Source: Capsulimonadaceae bacterium (GTDB lineage Bacteria; Armatimonadota; Armatimonadia; Armatimonadales; Capsulimonadaceae). From it: 64,000 nucleotides of DNA. Every line of letters starts with the position of its first letter. The stretch's first letter is position 1. The DNA lies in NCBI GenBank assembly GCA_965215505.1, contig OZ244065.1, positions 2,464,001 through 2,528,000 on the forward strand, in the 5' to 3' direction. Below the pieces are notes generated by a model. That model saw nothing but the letters and a program-made list of their open reading frames with translations. It ran no database searches and was not told the origin of the DNA. Position numbers and translations under genes: made by a program. Below are positions 63,496 through 64,000 of the stretch, piece by piece.

Positions 63496-64000
63496 TCACG
63501 CCGTCGCCCCGCCGCACGAGGAACCCGCCCCCGCCGTACAGCCGAAGCAGTGCGGGCCGACGGCGATCTCGCGGCTCTGCAAGGCAAGACCGTCGAAGTC
63601 ACGGATGTGGCGGGGCTGGCCGGTGACTAGGGGCAGGTCGAGCATCTGGTTGAAGTCGCAGTCGTACAGCAGGCCGTCCCAGCCGACGCTGACGAGGCTG
63701 CGGCACATGACGCCGGATGCGGCGGCGGGGTTGAAAGCCTGGACCAGCTTCTCCATGTACCGCTCGTGGTTGCCCGACCGCTCCAGGAAGTGCAGGAACC
63801 GGGAGATGGGCATGTTGGTGATGGTGTAGAGGTGCGTGAAGGCGATGCCATAGCGCCGGCCCAGCTCGCGCTTATACTCGGCCTCGATCTCCCCCTGGGC
63901 GGGCGGCAGGAAAGCGCCCGTGGGGTTGTAGACGAGGTTAAGGGGGGGACCACTGTCACGGGCATAGCCCAATGAGTTCAAGAGGCGCAGGCCCTCGACG
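63496..64000 (-). CDS. ArsS-like radical SAM protein (DUF3641), 3' part only
   Basis: [53 protein letters not shown]; runs off window edge. Confidence 0.88.
   Translation of the reverse strand, partial: VEGLRLLNSLGYARDSGPPLNLVYNPTGAFLPPAQGEIEAEYKRELGRRYGIAFTHLYTITNMPISRFLHFLERSGNHERYMEKLVQAFNPAAASGVMCRSLVSVGWDGLLYDCDFNQMLDLPLVTGQPRHIRDFDGLALQSREIAVGPHCFGCTAGAGSSCGGATA

Noticed and set aside
63496-63530. Selenocysteine in the ArsS-like C-terminal motif
   Set aside because: Codon is TGC (Cys) in SSCGG

Overview
High-GC bacterial chromosome segment, probably Armatimonadota. This is inferred from two DUF1559/H-X9-DG prepilin-like genes and the gene style, and was not checked against a database. 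The housekeeping backbone includes lnt, an LptF/G permease, holA, greA, ppdK, mazG, a PrsA-like foldase, a GH4 alpha-galactosidase, a MoxR/DUF58/transglutaminase set, tRNA-Ala(CGC) and tRNA-Leu(CAA). Accessory features of note: (1) a c-di-GMP-I riboswitch with terminator ahead of a membrane-anchored NERD nuclease; (2) a REP-associated tyrosine transposase (RAYT) that carries its own REP in-frame and stops on a REP, followed by back-to-back REP doublets dividing about 7 kb into gene blocks; (3) a secreted His/Cys clan-CD-like peptidase and PepSY-like partner operon hit by two IS elements, one with unusual two-layer ends and an 8-bp target duplication whose removal restores a 565-aa ORF; (4) a toxin-antitoxin/defence-like islet between greA and ppdK with XisH/XisI, VapBC plus an antitoxin paralog, and an AT-richer GGCT-like-HEPN fusion with an unknown partner; (5) a circularly permuted ParB-like orphan toxin/immunity pair, a frameshifted HEPN pair, an RHS remnant, several long dispersed hairpins, perfect short tandem amplifications and leaderless promoters. 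All product calls come from motif recognition by eye.
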